Positions 59,582 to 64,000 of a DNA stretch of 64,000 nt are shown in pieces. This stretch comes from Desulfatiglandales bacterium. GTDB lineage: Bacteria; Desulfobacterota; DSM-4660; Desulfatiglandales; Desulfatiglandaceae. Numbering within the stretch: position 1 is the stretch's first letter; each line of letters opens with the position of its first letter. Location: contig OY759599.1 of assembly GCA_963662465.1 (NCBI GenBank), positions 7,392,001 through 7,456,000 on the forward strand, read 5' to 3'. The notes below the pieces were generated by a model that saw only the letters and a program-made list of their open reading frames with translations, did not search any database and was not told the DNA's origin. The position numbers and the translations under genes were made by a program.

Positions 59582-60163
59582 ATGGCGCAAGCAATCAAGA
59601 AAGCGCAACACTATTCCGTTACAGACTACCAGGAATGGCCGGACGAGGAGAGATGGGAGCTTATTGACGGCGTTGCTTACGACATGAGTCCCGCGCCGAA
59701 CATAAAACACCAGAACATTGTCGGTAATTTTCATATCGCTTTTAAAACGAACCCGGACAACCCGTGCTATACGGGCATTGCCCCCACAGATGTGGTGTTG
59801 GACGACGATAGTGTGGTTCAACCGGATGTGTTTTTGGTCTGTGATGAGAAGAAGATTACAGAGAAGAACATCCAGGGGGCACCCGATTTAATTGTCGAAG
59901 TGGTTTCTCCGGGTACGGAAGTCAAAGACAGAAGAGAAAAAAAGCGCCTTTATGAACGGTCCGGTGTGAAGGAATACCTGATTGTGTTTCCTGAAAGGGC
60001 GTATGTGGAACGGTATGTGCTGGAAGAGAGGCAGTACGATTCGCCCGAGATATTCAACTGGGATGAACCCTTGAATCTAAGCATTCTTCCTATTGAAGTG
60101 AAGCTCCATGAAATATTCGAAAAAGAAATTGAAAATGATGTGCGGGAAAAGCCCCTTCCATGA
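59582..60163 (+). CDS. Uma2 (DUF820) family putative endonuclease
   Basis: WELIDG, MSPAP..HQ, VQPDVFLV, GAPDLIVEVVSP, K..LYE..GVKEY. Confidence 0.92.
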   Translation: MAQAIKKAQHYSVTDYQEWPDEERWELIDGVAYDMSPAPNIKHQNIVGNFHIAFKTNPDNPCYTGIAPTDVVLDDDSVVQPDVFLVCDEKKITEKNIQGAPDLIVEVVSPGTEVKDRREKKRLYERSGVKEYLIVFPERAYVERYVLEERQYDSPEIFNWDEPLNLSILPIEVKLHEIFEKEIENDVREKPLP

Positions 60164-60189
60164 TGTGTCCCCCGTATACGCCGGTTGAT

Positions 60190-62448
60190 TCAAGAACCTT
60201 CCATTTCCTGGGCCTGGGCCACCGTAATGGCGATCACATGAACCACGTTTTCCATATCCGCATCCCGGTGCAACACGTTAAATGGCTTGCTGATCCCCAT
60301 CAATAATGGACCCACCGCCTTGGCGCCTCCCAGGCGACTGAGGAGTTTATAGGCTGCATTGGCTGTGGCCAGTTCGGGAAAGATAAGGACATTGGCCGGC
60401 CCATTCAGCCGGCTGAAAGGATAATCCCTGGCCAGGATTTCACCCACCACGGCGGTATCCGCCTGCATTTCCCCGTCAATCATCAATTCAGGCGCCCGCT
60501 CCTGTGCAATAGCCACGGCCGCTTTGACCCTTTGGGCATCGGGATGCACTGTTGTGCCGAAATCCGAAAAGGAAATCATGGCGATTCTGGGGACCACGTC
60601 AAAGAAATGGGCCATTTCAGCGGTCAGAATAGCGATTTCGGCCAGATCTTCCGAGGATGGGGTGAAATTTACTGTCGGGTCGGCGAAAAAGAGCGATTGA
60701 TTTTTGAAAATCATCAGATAGACGCCGGAGACTTTTTTAACGCCCTTGCGTCGGGGAATGACCCGAAGCACCGGGCGGATAGCGTCCGGGTAGGAGCGAC
60801 CGATGCCATGTACCTGACCGTCCACCAGTCCTTCGTGTACCATCATGGCGCCGAAGACATGCCGGTCTTTCAATTGCAGTGCCGTTTCGGCCAGGCTCCA
60901 GCCTTTTCGGCAGCGCAATTGAAAAAGGGTTTTGGTAAATTCTTTCAGGTGGGGACTTTCCATGTGGTTTTCTATCTCGATGCCATCTAAAGGGATTTGC
61001 AGTTTTCGGGCTAGGGAAATGATTTCATCCTCATTTCCGAGAAGCAGGGGCCGGCAGATACCTTCCCTGGCCGCCTGGTGGGCTGCTCGGAGGATGACCG
61101 GGTGGTTTCCTTCGGGAAGGACGATGCGTTTGGGGTTGTGTTGAGCGCGGATGATGATTTTCCCCATGATTTCCCGCTCTGGTCCCAACCTCGCCTCAAG
61201 GCGAGCGGCATAGGCTTGATGGCTGCCCAATTCGACTCGGGCTACACCGCTTTCCACGGCTGCCCGTGCTACGGCGGGGGCCACAGTGAGCAGAACCCGG
61301 GTATCCAGGGGCTTGGGTATGATGTAATTGGGCCCGAACCGGATGGGGTTGCCCCCATAGGCCCGGATGACCGAATCGGGGACATCTTCGCGGGCCAGAT
61401 TGGCCAGGGCTTTGACTGCTGCGATTTTCATGGTTTCGTTGATGGTGGTGGCCCGAACATCCAGAGCGCCCCGAAAGATAAAGGGAAATCCGAGGACGTT
61501 GTTGACCTGGTTGGGATAGTCGGAGCGTCCGGTGGCTACGATGGCATCGGGACGTGCGGCTCTGGCTTCTTCATAACCAATTTCCGGGTCCGGATTGGCC
61601 AGGGGAAAAATGATGGGGTTGTCGGCCAGGAGGCGCAATAGCTCGGGTGAAAAGGCATCCTTTACGGAGAGTCCCACCAGAACGTTTGCACCCCGAACGG
61701 CGTCTTTCAGGGTGCGTCTTCGGGTATTAAGGGCAAAATTTTCTTTGTAGGGGTTCATTCCCTCTGTACGACCTTTATAGATGACGCCCCTGGAATCCAC
61801 CAGAAGAATGTTTTCTTTCAAAACGCCCATGGAACCATACATTCGAGCGCAGGCCATGGCAGCTGCTCCCGCGCCGTTGACCACGATGCGCAATTCCGCC
61901 ATGGTTCGGCCGGTTATTTCGCAGGCATTCAGCAGTGCTGCGCTGGAAATGATGGCTGTGCCGTGTTGATCGTCGTGAAAAACTGGAACGGACATTCGTT
62001 TTATGAGTTGTTCTTCAATATAGAAGCAGTCCGGGGCTTTAATGTCCTCCAGGTTAATGCCGCCGAAGGTGGGCTCCAGACTTGCCACGGTGTTGATAAA
62101 TTCATCGGGATCCAAGGTGTTGATTTCAATGTCAAAGACATCCAGATCCGCAAATCGCTTAAACAGAACGGCCTTTCCCTCCATGACCGGTTTGCTCGCC
62201 AGCGCGCCGATGTTTCCGAGGCCGAGAACGGCGGTGCCGTTTGAAATAACCCCCACCAGATTGCCTCTGGCGGTGTAATCAAAAGAACATTCCGGGTTTT
62301 TCTGAATTTCCAGGCAGGGGATGGCAACGCCGGGGGTGTAGGCCAGGCTCAGATCCCTTTGGGAAAGGCATGGTTTGGTGGGCACAACCTCTATTTTACC
62401 GGGCCGAGGCTCTTTGTGGTACTGGAGTGATTCCTGTTTGAGGGTCAT
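60190..62448 (-). CDS. maeB: NADP-dependent malic enzyme with phosphotransacetylase-like domain
   Basis: [53 protein letters not shown]. Confidence 0.96.
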   Translation of the reverse strand: MTLKQESLQYHKEPRPGKIEVVPTKPCLSQRDLSLAYTPGVAIPCLEIQKNPECSFDYTARGNLVGVISNGTAVLGLGNIGALASKPVMEGKAVLFKRFADLDVFDIEINTLDPDEFINTVASLEPTFGGINLEDIKAPDCFYIEEQLIKRMSVPVFHDDQHGTAIISSAALLNACEITGRTMAELRIVVNGAGAAAMACARMYGSMGVLKENILLVDSRGVIYKGRTEGMNPYKENFALNTRRRTLKDAVRGANVLVGLSVKDAFSPELLRLLADNPIIFPLANPDPEIGYEEARAARPDAIVATGRSDYPNQVNNVLGFPFIFRGALDVRATTINETMKIAAVKALANLAREDVPDSVIRAYGGNPIRFGPNYIIPKPLDTRVLLTVAPAVARAAVESGVARVELGSHQAYAARLEARLGPEREIMGKIIIRAQHNPKRIVLPEGNHPVILRAAHQAAREGICRPLLLGNEDEIISLARKLQIPLDGIEIENHMESPHLKEFTKTLFQLRCRKGWSLAETALQLKDRHVFGAMMVHEGLVDGQVHGIGRSYPDAIRPVLRVIPRRKGVKKVSGVYLMIFKNQSLFFADPTVNFTPSSEDLAEIAILTAEMAHFFDVVPRIAMISFSDFGTTVHPDAQRVKAAVAIAQERAPELMIDGEMQADTAVVGEILARDYPFSRLNGPANVLIFPELATANAAYKLLSRLGGAKAVGPLLMGISKPFNVLHRDADMENVVHVIAITVAQAQEMEGS

Positions 62449-62654
62449 GGTGAAACCTTTCTGGATTTTTACCAAAGGGCATGGACAGACTGGAGTTTTT
62501 ATTTTCTTGAGTAAGCATCATAGGTAGCGTATAGGCTTACGTCAACGAAAAATTGTTCAGGGGGGGGCATGTGCAATGGTTGATGATTCAAAGTAGTTGA
62601 CGCACTTATATTTCAATACTATCCTTTGTCATTCATAACAGATGAGGGAATATC

Positions 62655-64000
62655 ATGAGTGAAAAACCGACCTGCGAAGAGTTGGCGAAACGGGTCAGGG
62701 ATCTTGAAAAGGCCCTGGCGGAAAGTGAGAACAGGTTTCGGATTTTATTGCGAAATTCCAGCGATATTCAGGTTATCCTCGATGAGAATGGCGTTGAGCG
62801 ATTTGTCAGTAATTCCGTCGAAGCCATTACGGGATATCCTCCGGAGCGTTTTATTGGAAAAAGCGGTTTTGAATTTATCCATCCGGAAGATACCGGACTT
62901 CTGCTTGAAAGTTTTGCCAGGGTTAAAAAGTGTAAATCCGGTTTTGTGCGTGTTGAATACCGGCACCGGAAAAAAGACGGCTCATGGCTCAACCTCGAGG
63001 CGGTTGGAACGAATTTTCTGGATGACCCTTCCATAAAGGGAATTGTCTTGAATGTTCGGGATATTACCCAACGCAAGCGTGTTGAAAAAGCGCTACAAAA
63101 CAGCGAAGAACTGTACCGTTCCATCATTGAAAATATCCAGGAAGGATATTATGAAGTGGATCTTGCCGGGAATTTAACCTTTTATAATGAGTCCCTGCGC
63201 AACATTATCGGATATGAGAAAAATGAGATGGTGGGACTGAATTATCGGAAATTTACCAATGGAGACGATGTCGAAAGGCTGTATCGGATTTTTAATAAGG
63301 TATATCGGGAGGGGGTTCCGGCAAGAGGCTTTGATTGGCCGATGATCAGAAAAGACGGCGCCAAAGGAATTCTGGAAACCTCCGTTTCCCTGATCAGGGA
63401 TGCGGAGGCACACCGGATCGGCTTTCGTGGTATTGCACGGGACGTCACCGAAGAAAAACGGATTACGGACCAACTTCAGCGTGCGGAAAAGATGGAAACG
63501 GTGGGGGCTCTGGCAGGGGGTGTGGCCCACGATCTCAACAATATCCTTTCGGGCATTGTCAGTTATCCGGAACTCTTGCTGTTGCAGCTTCCCGAAGACA
63601 GCCCACTTCGAAAACCCATTGCCACCATACAGAAATCCGGGCAAAGGGCCGTGGCGGTGGTCCAGGACATGCTGACCCTGGCCAGAAGAGCGGTGATGGT
63701 GACCGAATCCATGGATCTGAACCGAATTGTGTCTCAATACCTGGGCAGTCCGGAATATGAAAAAATCAGGGAATATCATCCCGACGTTCAGATGGAAGTC
63801 CGGCTGAAGGAAGGCATGGGGCTTAACATCATGGGCTCCCCCACGCATTTGTCGAAAACGGTCATGAATCTGATCTCTAATGCGGCCGAGGCCATGCCCC
63901 AAGGGGGACGGATTGCCGTTTCCACCGAACACAGGTATATTGACCGCCCTGTTGCAGGCTATGATCATATCAAGGAAGGCGATTATGTGACCTTGAGTGT
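62655..64000 (+). CDS. Multi-PAS sensor histidine kinase (3'-truncated by window)
   Basis: Not in the ORF track because there is no stop in the window. Reads MSEKPTCEELAKRV..., two PAS domains, H-box GGVAHDLNNILSG, N-box NLISNAAEAMP. Confidence 0.92.
   Translation, partial: MSEKPTCEELAKRVRDLEKALAESENRFRILLRNSSDIQVILDENGVERFVSNSVEAITGYPPERFIGKSGFEFIHPEDTGLLLESFARVKKCKSGFVRVEYRHRKKDGSWLNLEAVGTNFLDDPSIKGIVLNVRDITQRKRVEKALQNSEELYRSIIENIQEGYYEVDLAGNLTFYNESLRNIIGYEKNEMVGLNYRKFTNGDDVERLYRIFNKVYREGVPARGFDWPMIRKDGAKGILETSVSLIRDAEAHRIGFRGIARDVTEEKRITDQLQRAEKMETVGALAGGVAHDLNNILSGIVSYPELLLLQLPEDSPLRKPIATIQKSGQRAVAVVQDMLTLARRAVMVTESMDLNRIVSQYLGSPEYEKIREYHPDVQMEVRLKEGMGLNIMGSPTHLSKTVMNLISNAAEAMPQGGRIAVSTEHRYIDRPVAGYDHIKEGDYVTLS

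Noticed and set aside
59453..59821. N-terminal extension of the 891-aa MscS ORF
   Set aside because: Overlaps the Uma2 gene. RBS and signal peptide point to TTG 59452.
59582..60163. Uma2 gene (and the stand-alone AAA ATPases and MazEF) as a novel defence system
   Set aside because: Common families, scattered and unlinked here, so no evidence of a new system.

Overview
Bacterial chromosomal region. Gene content suggests a sulfate-reducing Desulfobacterota/deltaproteobacterium (inference: sigma54 two-component system, fused AccA/AccD, HDOD and PAS proteins, MaeB). It mixes housekeeping and envelope genes (wecB, NUDIX, AsmA/YhdP-like, fused carboxyltransferase, mdh, degQ, a MoxR-DUF58-Bat operon, mltF-like, MscS-family channel, maeB, several two-component systems) with accessory patches: surface proteins and a GT-C-like membrane enzyme, two transposase remnants, a 146-bp MITE, a MazEF pair and stand-alone ATPase/nuclease genes. 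The two best candidates for an undescribed system are (1) a coupled three-gene operon at 35474-38331 (corrinoid protein, MtaA/UroD-fold protein lacking the usual zinc ligands, GAF-PAS-Cys/His sensor) that looks like B12-based signal transduction, and (2) an AT-richer three-gene cassette at 31544-33412 resembling a toxin-antitoxin-chaperone module, next to a decayed helicase fragment of possible anti-phage origin. I recognised no rRNA, tRNA or CRISPR array. All family assignments are motif recognition by eye; no searches were run.
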